This document shows, piece by piece, positions 6,934 through 18,247 of a stretch of 45,850 nt of DNA; within the stretch, counting starts at the first letter, position 1; every line of letters starts with the position of its first letter. Position numbers and translations under genes: made by a program. The DNA lies in the NCBI GenBank assembly GCA_001782235.1, contig MFOC01000003.1, positions 1-45,850 on the forward strand. The letters run 5' to 3'. The notes under the pieces were generated by a model. It was given only the letters and a program-made list of their open reading frames with translations. It was not told where the DNA came from and did no database searches. This stretch comes from Candidatus Levybacteria bacterium RIFCSPHIGHO2_02_FULL_40_18 (lineage in GTDB: Bacteria; Patescibacteriota; Microgenomatia; Levybacterales; GWA1-39-11).

Positions 6934-7788
6934 ATGGTTACTAAAAAATCTATAGAATCCGAGATCGAATCATTGACTAACATGAAGGGCATTGCCGAAT
7001 CTTTTGAGGAGATTGCCGCACTACGAATCAGAAGAAACCGGGACCAAGTTTTAAAAAACAGGCAGTTTACGACAGAAGTAAATGAAATCTTTCAACAGGT
7101 AAAAATTGCATCCGTCAATATAATTGATCCAAAACAGAAATCTTTTCTCAAAAAAAACGGGAGAACTCTATTTGTATATCTTTCGGCCAACACAGGACTC
7201 TATGGAGATATTGTCAGGAGAACTTTTAATCTATTCGCAAAATATGTAGGACAATGGGCGGATAATGTTCTCATAATCGGAAAGGTTGGGCTTAAACTTG
7301 CCTCTGAACGCAAAATAATAAAGCCAGTTGCTTATTTTGATCTTCCGGACGATACAATTGATACACAAAGTATAAAAAAGATATCTTCTTATCTATTAGA
7401 CTTTGAGAGGGTTATTGTATTTTATGCCAAATTTGAGGGAATTTTACATCAAGAAGAAACAATGATTGATTTATCAGGCAATCCTTCCCTCCCTTCCTTT
7501 ACTCCGCCTCAAGCACCTCAATTTAAAATTAAATACTTTTTTGAACCGGAGGTAACTAAGATTTTGGCATTCTTTGAAACAGAGATTTTCGAAAGCTTAC
7601 TTGAACAGACAGTCAGGGAATTTCAACTTGCCAAGCTTTCATCACGAGTAGTTGGATTAAATAGTGCTATTGATCATATAGAAAATGAGCTTAAAAAAAC
7701 CACCAGTAAAAGGAATGAGTTCTTACATCAAGAATCAAACAGAAAGCAGTTACAAACCTTTTCATCAATGTCCCTATGGGACATATGA
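6934..7788 (+). CDS. atpG: F0F1 ATP synthase subunit gamma
   Basis: Size, operon position between alpha and beta, and N- and C-terminal helical segments (IAALRIRRNRDQV..., ...EFQLAKLSSRVVGLNSAIDHIENEL). The sequence is divergent. Confidence 0.8.
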   Translation: MVTKKSIESEIESLTNMKGIAESFEEIAALRIRRNRDQVLKNRQFTTEVNEIFQQVKIASVNIIDPKQKSFLKKNGRTLFVYLSANTGLYGDIVRRTFNLFAKYVGQWADNVLIIGKVGLKLASERKIIKPVAYFDLPDDTIDTQSIKKISSYLLDFERVIVFYAKFEGILHQEETMIDLSGNPSLPSFTPPQAPQFKIKYFFEPEVTKILAFFETEIFESLLEQTVREFQLAKLSSRVVGLNSAIDHIENELKKTTSKRNEFLHQESNRKQLQTFSSMSLWDI

Positions 7789-7800
7789 TTTACGCAGATT

Positions 7801-9764
<1,964 letters not shown>

Positions 9765-9774
9765 AAGATGAGGT

Positions 9775-10044
9775 ATGAAACCTAAATTAAATAGCCGAAC
9801 AATATCGGTCGTTATAAAAAATAAGGACGGGGTAGTTTTTGAAGGAGACGCAAAAGCGCTTACCTCTATCAATGAAAAGGGGATTTTTGACGTTCTACCG
9901 CTCCATGAGAATTTTGTTTCTGTGGTCCGCGATTTTATAAGAATACATAAAGCAAATGGTACAAGCCAAGACATTAAAATAGGTGAAGGGGTCATTAAGG
10001 TTATCCAAAACAAAGTCAACGTCTACGTAGGTTTTCGAGCATAG
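9775..10044 (+). CDS. atpC: F0F1 ATP synthase subunit epsilon, beta-sandwich domain only
   Basis: VVIKNKDGVVFEGDAKALTSINEKGIFDVLPLHENFVSVV matches the epsilon N-terminal domain. At 89 aa it lacks the C-terminal helical hairpin. Confidence 0.8.
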   Translation: MKPKLNSRTISVVIKNKDGVVFEGDAKALTSINEKGIFDVLPLHENFVSVVRDFIRIHKANGTSQDIKIGEGVIKVIQNKVNVYVGFRA

Positions 10045-10769
10045 AGGTCAAGGTGTCTTATCGCCGCCTCATAATTCTCGTCGGAGAGAATTCTCTGTCC
10101 CATCTGCGTCACGGCACCTCTTGCATACTCAAACATTTCTCGTGCGCCAAAAACAGCCAGAAGTCTTATTCCGTCCTTCTCAAGTGCCTCTTGTGCGCCC
10201 TCTTCTCTGTCAATAACAACAATTGCTGTGTCTACTATCGCTCCTTCCGCACGAAGCCCTCCTGCGGCAAGCCTTATAGAGCCTCCGGTCGTTGCCGCAT
10301 CATCAAATATAACCGCTCGCCTACCGGAAAATTCCTCTCTGAATCCATCAACTGGTAGCTTTCCTTCCTGATCTATGTCTCTTATTCGGACATATACTGT
10401 TGGGATAGACAACCTTTCTGCAATTAATTCCCCAATATAATTGCTTGCGGTGGGAACCGGCGAGATAATGTCAGGATTAGCTCGATTCATAAGATTCGCA
10501 CATTCTTGCGCGAGTATTAAGTATACTCCGTCAGATTCGTCCCGGGGAATATTAAAAATGTATGGGGATTCTCTACCGGAAGTTAATTGAAAATTCCCAA
10601 ACTGAATGCATGATCTAAAAAGATGGCGAATTAAGATTTGCTGCTTTTCAGTGAATTTTTCAGGCGAAGATCTTGAATCAAAATCATCCATTGTTCGACC
10701 ATCATTTGGAATCGTTCTGTCAAATTGTATATCTCGTGGATTTCCGCCGCTTCTCTCCCAGATCGACAT
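10023..10769 (-). CDS. pyrE: Orotate phosphoribosyltransferase-like type I PRTase
   Basis: FGNFQLTSGRESPYIFN is the OPRTase N-terminal motif, and AVIFDDAATTGGS is the PRPP-binding loop. There is a ~45-aa N-terminal extension. The 3' end overlaps atpC by 22 nt in convergent orientation. Confidence 0.65.
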   Translation of the reverse strand: MSIWERSGGNPRDIQFDRTIPNDGRTMDDFDSRSSPEKFTEKQQILIRHLFRSCIQFGNFQLTSGRESPYIFNIPRDESDGVYLILAQECANLMNRANPDIISPVPTASNYIGELIAERLSIPTVYVRIRDIDQEGKLPVDGFREEFSGRRAVIFDDAATTGGSIRLAAGGLRAEGAIVDTAIVVIDREEGAQEALEKDGIRLLAVFGAREMFEYARGAVTQMGQRILSDENYEAAIRHLDLYARKPT

Positions 10770-10908
10770 AAATTAATTAACTATAATAGAGTTTTTTCAG
10801 GGAGTGGTCAACTAGTACAAATACCTCAAAGTATAAACTAATATAGCATCCCTTGGCTTTATATGTTCTCTTCTCAAAAGACTCGGAATTTGTTAAAATT
10901 CTAATATT

Positions 10909-10979
10909 GCCTCCGTAGCTTAGTGGCAAAGCGGCGGTTTTGTAAACCGTTGACAACAGTTCGATTCTGTTCGGGGGCT
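10909..10979 (+). tRNA. tRNA-Thr (anticodon TGT)
   Basis: Hand-folded cloverleaf: acceptor GCCTCCG/CGGGGGC, D stem GCTT/AAGC, anticodon stem GCGGT/ACCGT with loop TTTGTAA, T stem AACAG/CTGTT with loop TTCGATT. No encoded CCA. Confidence 0.85.
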
Positions 10980-11575
10980 CATTCTTGTTTCCATTTTATT
11001 GAGCAGCCTATGCTGGGTTTTTGATTGAGGTCAACAGGACGATCACTCAGGACTGCTTCGATTGCCGAACGAAGCGAATGGCCATCAGTCGGCTCATTGT
11101 TTCCGGGCCGTGAATCGTCAAGTTGTCCGCGGTAGACTAATTTTCGGTCAGAATCGAACAAAAAGAAATCGGGAGTACAAGCAGCGTGGTATGCGCGAGC
11201 AACATCTTGTGTTTCGTCAAAACAATAGGGAAATTCGAATCCTAATTCCTTTGTCTGTTCTGCAAGAGATTCGGGCGCATCTTCAGGATATGCTTCCGGA
11301 TCATTTGCCGAAATTGCAACAATTCCAAGATCGCTGTTTTTGTAGTCTTGACCAATTTTTGCAATTTCTTTTTGAACATGTTTCACGTAGGGACAATGAC
11401 GGCACATAAAAATAACCAAAAGCGCCTTTTTGTTAACCCCGCCTTTGGCGGGGTGAACAAAATTTTGAAGCGAAATTAAAGCTCCGGTTGTAACATCTTT
11501 CAGGTTTGGCTCAGGCGCCTTTGTCCCAAGTGGTAACATCGTAGAAACTGCTGCCATATAGATAAATTTTAGCAT
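10979..11575 (-). CDS. Thioredoxin-fold thiol-disulfide oxidoreductase (TlpA/AhpC-TSA-like)
   Basis: LVIFMCRHCPYVKH is a CxxC-type motif. Then VAISANDPEAYPEDAPE and EFPYCFDETQDVARAY. It carries an in-frame palindrome at 11437-11453. Confidence 0.7.
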   Translation of the reverse strand: MLKFIYMAAVSTMLPLGTKAPEPNLKDVTTGALISLQNFVHPAKGGVNKKALLVIFMCRHCPYVKHVQKEIAKIGQDYKNSDLGIVAISANDPEAYPEDAPESLAEQTKELGFEFPYCFDETQDVARAYHAACTPDFFLFDSDRKLVYRGQLDDSRPGNNEPTDGHSLRSAIEAVLSDRPVDLNQKPSIGCSIKWKQE

Positions 11576-11644
11576 GCCCCAAATTATTTTGGAGGTGCAA
11601 AAAAGGGGATTGACAAAATGTTGAAACTAATATACGCTATCTGC

Positions 11645-11779
11645 ATGCCAAGAAAAACTGCCCGAAAGTCTCGCCATCCTCTCTATAAAACCGTTCATCC
11701 CACAACTTCATTAACTATTATCTTTTGGATACTTATCGGCTTCCTTTTCCTCCTACTCTACCTTAATGGTATGATCTAA
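11645..11779 (+). CDS. Possible 44-aa membrane peptide
   Basis: My translation: MPRKTARKSRHPLYKTVHPTTSLTIIFWILIGFLFLLLYLNGMI. TTGACA lies ~30 nt upstream. It falls below the ORF-track size cutoff, and I have no homology support. Confidence 0.3.
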   Translation: MPRKTARKSRHPLYKTVHPTTSLTIIFWILIGFLFLLLYLNGMI

Positions 11780-11793
11780 TCCGCACAAACTTT

Positions 11794-11868
11794 TGGAGCC
11801 GCCCCACGGACTTGAACCGTGAACCTATGCTTTACGAAAGCATTGCTCTGCCATTGAGCTAGGGCGGC
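11794..11868 (-). tRNA. tRNA-Thr (anticodon CGT), CCA encoded
   Basis: The reverse complement folds as acceptor GCCGCCC/GGGCGGC, D stem GCTC/GAGC, anticodon stem ATGCT/AGCAT with loop TTCGTAA, T stem CACGG/CCGTG with loop TTCAAGT, discriminator T, then CCA. Confidence 0.9.
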
Positions 11869-12231
11869 AACAATGAAATTTTACCACAATCATGAAACTG
11901 ATTGTGGTTTACAAAACATGTGAGGGGAAAGAAGGACAAACTAGATGCTCTGCCTGCGAAGCAGGCAGGTAATAGCAAGTCACTATTTATTGATAACTTC
12001 ATGGCTCTTAAGCTGATGTAGGAAACGCTTCCCCGAATTTCAAACGGGAAGATGCCTATTGCAATCCTCAGATTACAATCAAGAACATCTCATTCCCCGA
12101 TTAACGGAGTACCCAATCGGAAAAGTTGTAGAGGAAAACAAGTCACCTACAACTCTCTGAGACCCGCAGCCCTCTTGGCCTGTGGCCCCTTTTGCTTAAG
12201 AGCAAATATAGTATAGAACCAAGAAAAAAAT

Positions 12232-14610
12232 ATGTCAATGGCAGCGTTGCGCCAAGAAAACACCGCAATTGCCAAATTCTTCCTATTGTTTTACTATAAA
12301 TGTATGGCAATTATTAAAAAGGCCTTGACCTTCTATCGGCAAACTGCAGCGCTTTTAATGGTCTTCGCTTTTTTGACAACCGCTCTTTTTTATATTGTTT
12401 TTGGTCCGCGTGATGTTGGAGAAACGCCCAAGCAAATCGCCCAAATTGCTCAAAGCGAGATTGAATTATCGCAAGATAATCCGGGCCCCGTTGTTATTGA
12501 GCAAGATTTGCTTGCAGGAGTTGAAGCTGGGGGATGCGACTCAACTAGCGCTGGATTAACAACTGAAGAGAAGAGTTTGATTGAGATGATTAATAATTAT
12601 AGACAACGAAACGGACTGTCAGCGCTTGAGATCTCGGGGCTTCTAAACAACATGGCTGCAAACCTTGCAGAAGACATGAACACCCACAATTATTTAGGGC
12701 ACGTAGATTATCAGGGAAGGGATCTTGCGACCAGATTTAGCGATTGTGTCCCTAACCTAGGCGGTCCCGGATATGAGAATGCAGCCATGGCTCCAACAGC
12801 CCAACAAGTATTTAATGGCTGGAAGGCTTCACCAGACCATAATGATAATATGTTAAGCTCTGATTCACGCGCAATGGGTATTGCTAACTCCGGAAATTAC
12901 TGGGCGAATGATTTTACTTCTAATAATCCGGGGGGTGACGTAATTGATGACAACACCGCCCCCGCAGCAACTCAACGCCCACCCATTGCCACCCCAACCA
13001 CAATACCCACAATACCTAACAATCAAACCAGTTTTCCAAAGCCGAAAGTGCTTATAATCGGATACTATCCTAAAGATCCTAATAACCCAAATAATCTAGA
13101 CCCAAATGAAACAGGTGAAAATATAACAGCCCAAGAAAAAGAGAATTACGTAAATGGACTAGTTAATACGATGTTAGCCGAAGCTACAGAAAGCACTAGA
13201 TATCACGGATATAAAGATAGTAGCGCTCCATCTTACATATCTTACTCTATCGCCGATACGAAAAATTTCTACACAAAAATTCCAAGAGGAAATATCCTTT
13301 GGGCGGAACGCGGCATATACAGGCCCGATTACAGGCAAATTTTAGATGGTGTAAATATTTGCGACTATATAAATAATAAGGGGGTAAAAGAGGTATGGAT
13401 GTTTGGTTATCACCACGGAGAAATAGAGCCGGATGAATCTCGAATGTCCGGTAAATATGGAGACATTAGTAATTCGATTCCAAGAGAAACTGATCCTAAT
13501 TATCTCCCACAATACAGAATGCCAAAGTGCAATCATTCTTATGTGCTTTATAACTTTAATTATCAAAGATCTGTTGCGGAAATGTTGCATAACCGTCTCC
13601 ATCAGTTGGAAAATATATTTGAATACATAGCTTCTAGTATTTTCTGGAATGACTTTTCCGAATATATTCAAGCTGAGGGGGCATGCCCTATTATTAACTC
13701 ACAAAGAATATGTCATGAAATCCACGATTACAGAAGTTCTTGTGGCAATGCCCATTACACGCCCAACTGGCGGCGTTCGGGAAATAATACAAGCCTTAAT
13801 CCATTATTGTCTGACAATTATAATTATCAAATTCAGGATTACCGTGAAAACAATTGCGAAACATGGCATCCCGATGATTCACAAACCACATATGCAAACG
13901 CAAATTGTAGTCAATGGGGGTGTACAGAAATTGGATTTTATAAATGGTTTTTGCAGAATATCCCCGGATATAACAATTGCATCGTTTACAATGGCCAAAA
14001 AATGAGAAATTGGTGGGATGCAATGTACGATTTCGATTTTTTTGTTGATAAGGGGAGAACTCTCTATTCTGATGAACAAAATTGCCAATTGCAAATACCT
14101 ATCTCTTTTGATTCTAAAATTGCTCTTAACTTAGCTTTGCCGGGCTTTGGATTAAATCAAGCTCTGGGTCAAAATTCAAACCCTATTGTAAGGGTTTTAA
14201 ATGCTGATATTGACATTTTTGATCTACAAAATCAGAAAGTTAAAAATATCCCTGGAAGCGTAACGTTCGATTCTATATCACAAAGCTTTAGGGGGGAAAT
14301 CTCTGTCGGTAGTTTAACAGGGTCGTATGTTATTAAAGCAAAACTTGATAACACTCTCTGGAGACGAACTCCAGGAATAATTACTCTAGTTTCAAGTCAA
14401 AAGTCTGAAACACAACAAACTCAACTGGTCTCAGGAGACTTAAATCAGGACAATGAGCTTTCGCTTGCCGATTACAACATATTACTTTCTTGCTATGGGA
14501 GAAAAAGCTGTGAACAAAAATCATCGACTGATTTAAACATTGACGGCCTAATTGATGAAAAAGACATTAATATCTTCTATTCCGGTCTTGCAAAGCGAAT
14601 TGGAAACTAG
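12232..14610 (+). CDS. Secreted/anchored multidomain protein: TM anchor, CAP/SCP domain, Pro-rich linker, Cys-rich domain of unknown function, Ig-like module, dockerin-like C-terminus
   Basis: CAP/SCP signature: MINNYRQRNGLSALEIS...GHVDYQGRDL...GYENAA...WKASPDHNDNML. The C-terminus GDLNQDNELSLADYNILLSCYG...DLNIDGLIDEKDINIFY is a duplicated Ca-loop dockerin-type motif. By homology with the next gene's N-terminus ([18 protein letters not shown]), in-frame ATG 12304 (MAIIKKALTFYRQTAALL) may be the true start. Confidence 0.8.
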   Translation: MSMAALRQENTAIAKFFLLFYYKCMAIIKKALTFYRQTAALLMVFAFLTTALFYIVFGPRDVGETPKQIAQIAQSEIELSQDNPGPVVIEQDLLAGVEAGGCDSTSAGLTTEEKSLIEMINNYRQRNGLSALEISGLLNNMAANLAEDMNTHNYLGHVDYQGRDLATRFSDCVPNLGGPGYENAAMAPTAQQVFNGWKASPDHNDNMLSSDSRAMGIANSGNYWANDFTSNNPGGDVIDDNTAPAATQRPPIATPTTIPTIPNNQTSFPKPKVLIIGYYPKDPNNPNNLDPNETGENITAQEKENYVNGLVNTMLAEATESTRYHGYKDSSAPSYISYSIADTKNFYTKIPRGNILWAERGIYRPDYRQILDGVNICDYINNKGVKEVWMFGYHHGEIEPDESRMSGKYGDISNSIPRETDPNYLPQYRMPKCNHSYVLYNFNYQRSVAEMLHNRLHQLENIFEYIASSIFWNDFSEYIQAEGACPIINSQRICHEIHDYRSSCGNAHYTPNWRRSGNNTSLNPLLSDNYNYQIQDYRENNCETWHPDDSQTTYANANCSQWGCTEIGFYKWFLQNIPGYNNCIVYNGQKMRNWWDAMYDFDFFVDKGRTLYSDEQNCQLQIPISFDSKIALNLALPGFGLNQALGQNSNPIVRVLNADIDIFDLQNQKVKNIPGSVTFDSISQSFRGEISVGSLTGSYVIKAKLDNTLWRRTPGIITLVSSQKSETQQTQLVSGDLNQDNELSLADYNILLSCYGRKSCEQKSSTDLNIDGLIDEKDINIFYSGLAKRIGN

Positions 14611-14624
14611 ATAGTATAGAAGTA

Positions 14625-16508
14625 ATGGCATTCCATAAAAAAATATTTTCTCTGTATCATCAAACCGGAGCCTTACTCATAGTCTTGATAGTTTTAACAG
14701 GCTCAATATTCTATGTAATTTTGGGCGGTCAAGGTGAACAAAAATCACAACCCCAACCAATATCAGAAATTACAAACAAAGAACAATTTGTTGAAATTGC
14801 GGAAACTTCCGTGCCGGGCACCTTTGAATCAGGCGCGTCATGTGCGGGAGGAGCTGATGGAAACTACAATGTGGTAAAGAATGGCATTACTCTCCACGTT
14901 TGCGAAGCATCTCAAGGAGAAGTTTGCAGAATTTATAGCACAGGTGCCGAATGCGTTCAAACAATTAGCAGTGGCGGAAGTGATGGATGCACACAGCATT
15001 CTCAATGTGTCGTTGGATTTTGTCTTGACAGCTTCCAGGAAAACTTGCCCAACTATTGTTTCAGCGGAGGAGGCGGTCCAGGATCGGAATGCAGAGGTTA
15101 CGACGGTTTAGATATAGATATTATCTGTAGATCGGGTAATTGCGATAGTGGGTATTGTGTCGGCGACGCACCTCAACCGACTCAACCAGGTGGCGGCGGT
15201 GATGCTTGTGCAGGGACTCCCGGTTATAACACTACAAATATGGCATGTATTAACTATTTGGGAAATGACTATTTCCCTGAAGGAGACGCATCAAGTCCTG
15301 CAGCCTGCCAAACTTCCTGCCAGAATGATTCAAATTGCGCCGCTTGGACTTGGGTAAGGCCAGGTGTTCAGGGATCGAGCGCTCATTGCTATAAAAAGAA
15401 TCCAAAACCTGCCTCTGTTGCAAATAGTCCTGCAGACTGCTGCATTTCTGGAGCAAAGACGGGCGGAGCTCCTATACCAACACAGCCAGGTGGATACCAA
15501 CCTGTTCCCACAAACATCCCTGTACCCACCCAGCAGCCGGGTGACGGGAACATCCAATATAGTCTTTCACTAAATGTATCGCCTACACAAGTTAAGCCAG
15601 GTGAAAGCGTAACCCTTTGTTATGCATTAACTCCTCAAAATATTCCTTTTCATGTCCGGCTTCTTTCATCATCAGGGGGAACATTTACATTAGTGTCGGA
15701 GTGGGACGATAATGGTATTGGAGGAGGAGACTGCATCGGCGTTAAAATCAATGCTGGCGCAACTCCCGGCTCAAGACAACTAAAAGTAGAAGCAATAGTT
15801 AATAATTCAAAAGTAGCCGAAGAAACAGTTTCTATAACGATTACAGGCGGCACAGGAGGCAGTTCCCCGACTGCGACCCCCACTCCAACGCCGACAAAAA
15901 CTCCAACGCCCACTTTAACACCCACTCTAACTAACACTCCTACTCCGACAGCAAGCCCTACGCCTACTTCCCAGCAGCCTAGTCCAACTCCAACCCTTTC
16001 TCCGAACCAAAGCTCAATCGCGCTCACTATAAAACTAGCCGGAATCGGTTCAAATACATCTCTTGGACAAAATAATAATCCCGTGAAAACCAGCCTCCCT
16101 GTTGAAATTCAGGTTTTTAATTTAAATAGTCAGAAAATTAAAGATGTGGGGGGCAATCTGATTTTTGATTCTGCCACGGCAAGCTTCAAAGGTACTGTCT
16201 TCCTTGGATCGGATCTCACAGAATCAGCATATGTGTTTAAAGTAAGGCTAAATAACGCTCTATGGAAAGCGATAACTTCACAAATTACACCCGGACAAAC
16301 AACTAACCTACCTGAGAAAGAGCTTATTTCAGGAGATCTTGATCAAAATAATGAGCTTAACTTGCTTGATTACAACGCGCTTATCTCCTGCTACGGCTCC
16401 AAATCATGTTCAAATAAGGAAAAGGCGGATCTCAATCTTGACGGGAAAGTCGACGAGCTCGACTTAAATATCTTCTACGCCGCCCTTGCGAAGCGAACAG
16501 GCGACTAA
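14625..16508 (+). CDS. Secreted/anchored protein: TM anchor, Cys-rich region, PAN/Apple-like domain, Ig-like domain, PT linker, Ig-like module plus dockerin-like C-terminus
   Basis: PAN-like [31 protein letters not shown]. Linker [35 protein letters not shown]-terminal [22 protein letters not shown]...[17 protein letters not shown]. Confidence 0.8.
   Translation: MAFHKKIFSLYHQTGALLIVLIVLTGSIFYVILGGQGEQKSQPQPISEITNKEQFVEIAETSVPGTFESGASCAGGADGNYNVVKNGITLHVCEASQGEVCRIYSTGAECVQTISSGGSDGCTQHSQCVVGFCLDSFQENLPNYCFSGGGGPGSECRGYDGLDIDIICRSGNCDSGYCVGDAPQPTQPGGGGDACAGTPGYNTTNMACINYLGNDYFPEGDASSPAACQTSCQNDSNCAAWTWVRPGVQGSSAHCYKKNPKPASVANSPADCCISGAKTGGAPIPTQPGGYQPVPTNIPVPTQQPGDGNIQYSLSLNVSPTQVKPGESVTLCYALTPQNIPFHVRLLSSSGGTFTLVSEWDDNGIGGGDCIGVKINAGATPGSRQLKVEAIVNNSKVAEETVSITITGGTGGSSPTATPTPTPTKTPTPTLTPTLTNTPTPTASPTPTSQQPSPTPTLSPNQSSIALTIKLAGIGSNTSLGQNNNPVKTSLPVEIQVFNLNSQKIKDVGGNLIFDSATASFKGTVFLGSDLTESAYVFKVRLNNALWKAITSQITPGQTTNLPEKELISGDLDQNNELNLLDYNALISCYGSKSCSNKEKADLNLDGKVDELDLNIFYAALAKRTGD
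16332..16497 (+). repeat. 166-bp perfect direct repeat, copy 1 (dockerin-like coding segment)
   Basis: Identical base for base to 18066-18231 in my hand alignment. Flanks diverge immediately on both sides. Confidence 0.9.
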
Positions 16509-16556
16509 ACATTTTATAAACTTGCTAGATATTGGTAGTTTATATATATTAAGAAT

Positions 16557-18242
16557 GTGGGTCTTATAACCTTTAACATTCCGAGTCGCAAGAATATTAT
16601 TGCCGCAATTGTTGTTTTTTTAAGTCTAATTGGACTGCCTGTGATAATTTGGCAAATTGGAAGGACGCAGGATATCAGACAGAAGGCGGCGGAAACTAGC
16701 GCTCTTGACTCATCGCCCCAAATTATCGTCATTGACGGCAAGTGCTCTCAAGATAATGGTTTGGTTGTTGTCCAGGAAGGAGCCATCATTGAAAACTATC
16801 TAATTAAGAACGTGCGTGAGGCGGGGATCAGGGTGGAGGCTCCGAACGTTACCATTCGCAATGTCGAGATAGTAAATCCAGACTGCGATGGTTCTGGCGA
16901 TCAATTTGCCGCAGGAGTTGCCTGCTGGCAACCGTGTACGGGCCTGAAAGTTTTAGACTCTAAAATCACTGGCAACTCTGCCAGACGTGGTAATGGCATA
17001 TGGATGAAAAATACTAATTCCTCCCATGGCATAGGTAATCATTATATTGCCCGTAACGTAATCTCCTCTGTTTGGGATGGAATTGGATCTGAGGCGGAAG
17101 GTGATGCATGGGGAGGCTTCGTTGCCAACTCACTTGTGGAAGCCAATCGAATCACCAACTGTGCCGACGACGGTATACAGATGGAAGGCCGCAATGAGAA
17201 CATTACAGTGCGCCGCAATGAGATTTCCGGGTGTGGCATAGGAATTGCCTACGCGCCCAGCTTAGTTGGGCCGCTTTATATAGAAAACAACTATATCCAT
17301 AATCTAATAACGGGCGACTACGGACAACAGGCCTGTTACAAAGTTGGTAGCAACTCTGCAGGGGACATATTTATTTCCGGCGAGCGTTGTTTTGGGCCCG
17401 GTGACGGCATCAAGCAAACCAATTCAGGATCGCTGGGACGCGTTGTGAGTCATAATAACTGCTATATTGTAACACGGTACGTTGTTGAATATACGTCAGT
17501 GCCACAAGCTCCTTCTGGCACTAGCCTTAATTTTGAAGGTGATACAATGTTCTCCTCCGACCCTTCCAGATTTGTGAAGTGGAATGGTAGTGCGATTAGC
17601 TTTGAGCAATTTAACACACTGCCTCAAGTTGGGACAGAAGTACTGAGTCAAAATTGCCCAAATGATAATCCCATAATAACTCCTTCACCAACGCTTACCC
17701 CAATATTCATACCTAGCCCAACTCCTACGGTCGCTGCCAATCAAGCTTCAATTTTGTTCGACATCAAACTTGTTGGTATTGGATCAAATACTGTCATTGG
17801 ACAAAATCCGAATCCTATAAGATCATCTATTCCTCTTGAGGTCCAGATACTATCTACTCAAAATCAGCCAGTATTGGATACATCGGGGTTGCTTACATAC
17901 AACAGTAGCACATCAAGCTTTCAAGGCAATGTAAATCTTGGATCAAGTCTTTCTCAAGGAGCATACATTATCAAGATTAGGTTAAATAATACTCTTCGTC
18001 GTTCTTTAATCACTCAGGTAAACCTGGGGCAAACAACTGGTTTGGCTCCGCAGGAACTTATTCTGGGAGATCTTGATCAAAATAATGAGCTTAACTTGCT
18101 TGATTACAACGCGCTTATCTCCTGCTACGGCTCCAAATCATGTTCAAATAAGGAAAAGGCGGATCTCAATCTTGACGGGAAAGTCGACGAGCTCGACTTA
18201 AATATCTTCTACGCCGCCCTTGCGAAGCGAATCGGTGACTAG
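16557..18242 (+). CDS. Secreted/anchored right-handed parallel beta-helix (pectate-lyase-fold) protein with Ig-like module plus dockerin-like C-terminus
   Basis: Repetitive beta-helix coils: NVTIRNVEIVN, ITNCADDGIQMEGRNENITVRRNEISGCGIGI, IENNYIHN. GTG start (the ATG two bases upstream is out of frame). The C-terminal ~55 aa are identical to the previous protein. Confidence 0.75.
   Translation: MGLITFNIPSRKNIIAAIVVFLSLIGLPVIIWQIGRTQDIRQKAAETSALDSSPQIIVIDGKCSQDNGLVVVQEGAIIENYLIKNVREAGIRVEAPNVTIRNVEIVNPDCDGSGDQFAAGVACWQPCTGLKVLDSKITGNSARRGNGIWMKNTNSSHGIGNHYIARNVISSVWDGIGSEAEGDAWGGFVANSLVEANRITNCADDGIQMEGRNENITVRRNEISGCGIGIAYAPSLVGPLYIENNYIHNLITGDYGQQACYKVGSNSAGDIFISGERCFGPGDGIKQTNSGSLGRVVSHNNCYIVTRYVVEYTSVPQAPSGTSLNFEGDTMFSSDPSRFVKWNGSAISFEQFNTLPQVGTEVLSQNCPNDNPIITPSPTLTPIFIPSPTPTVAANQASILFDIKLVGIGSNTVIGQNPNPIRSSIPLEVQILSTQNQPVLDTSGLLTYNSSTSSFQGNVNLGSSLSQGAYIIKIRLNNTLRRSLITQVNLGQTTGLAPQELILGDLDQNNELNLLDYNALISCYGSKSCSNKEKADLNLDGKVDELDLNIFYAALAKRIGD
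18066..18231 (+). repeat. 166-bp perfect direct repeat, copy 2
   Basis: Identical to 16332-16497. Confidence 0.9.
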
Positions 18243-18247
18243 TCAAA

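Noticed and set aside
11869-12231. RNase P RNA or tmRNA
   Set aside because: GAGGAAAACAAGUCAC and GCUUAAGAGCAA only superficially resemble the RNase P conserved regions (GAGGAAAGUCCGGGC, GGUAAGAGCGCACC). There is no tRNA-like 3' end and no tag reading frame for tmRNA.
15650-16027. 125-aa minus-strand ORF rich in GVGV
   Set aside because: It is the antisense reading of the PT-linker coding DNA of the 14625-16508 gene.
16332-18231. Diversity-generating retroelement template/variable repeat pair
   Set aside because: The two 166-bp copies are identical with no adenine-specific mismatches. Both lie in coding sequence, and no reverse transcriptase gene is present in the window.
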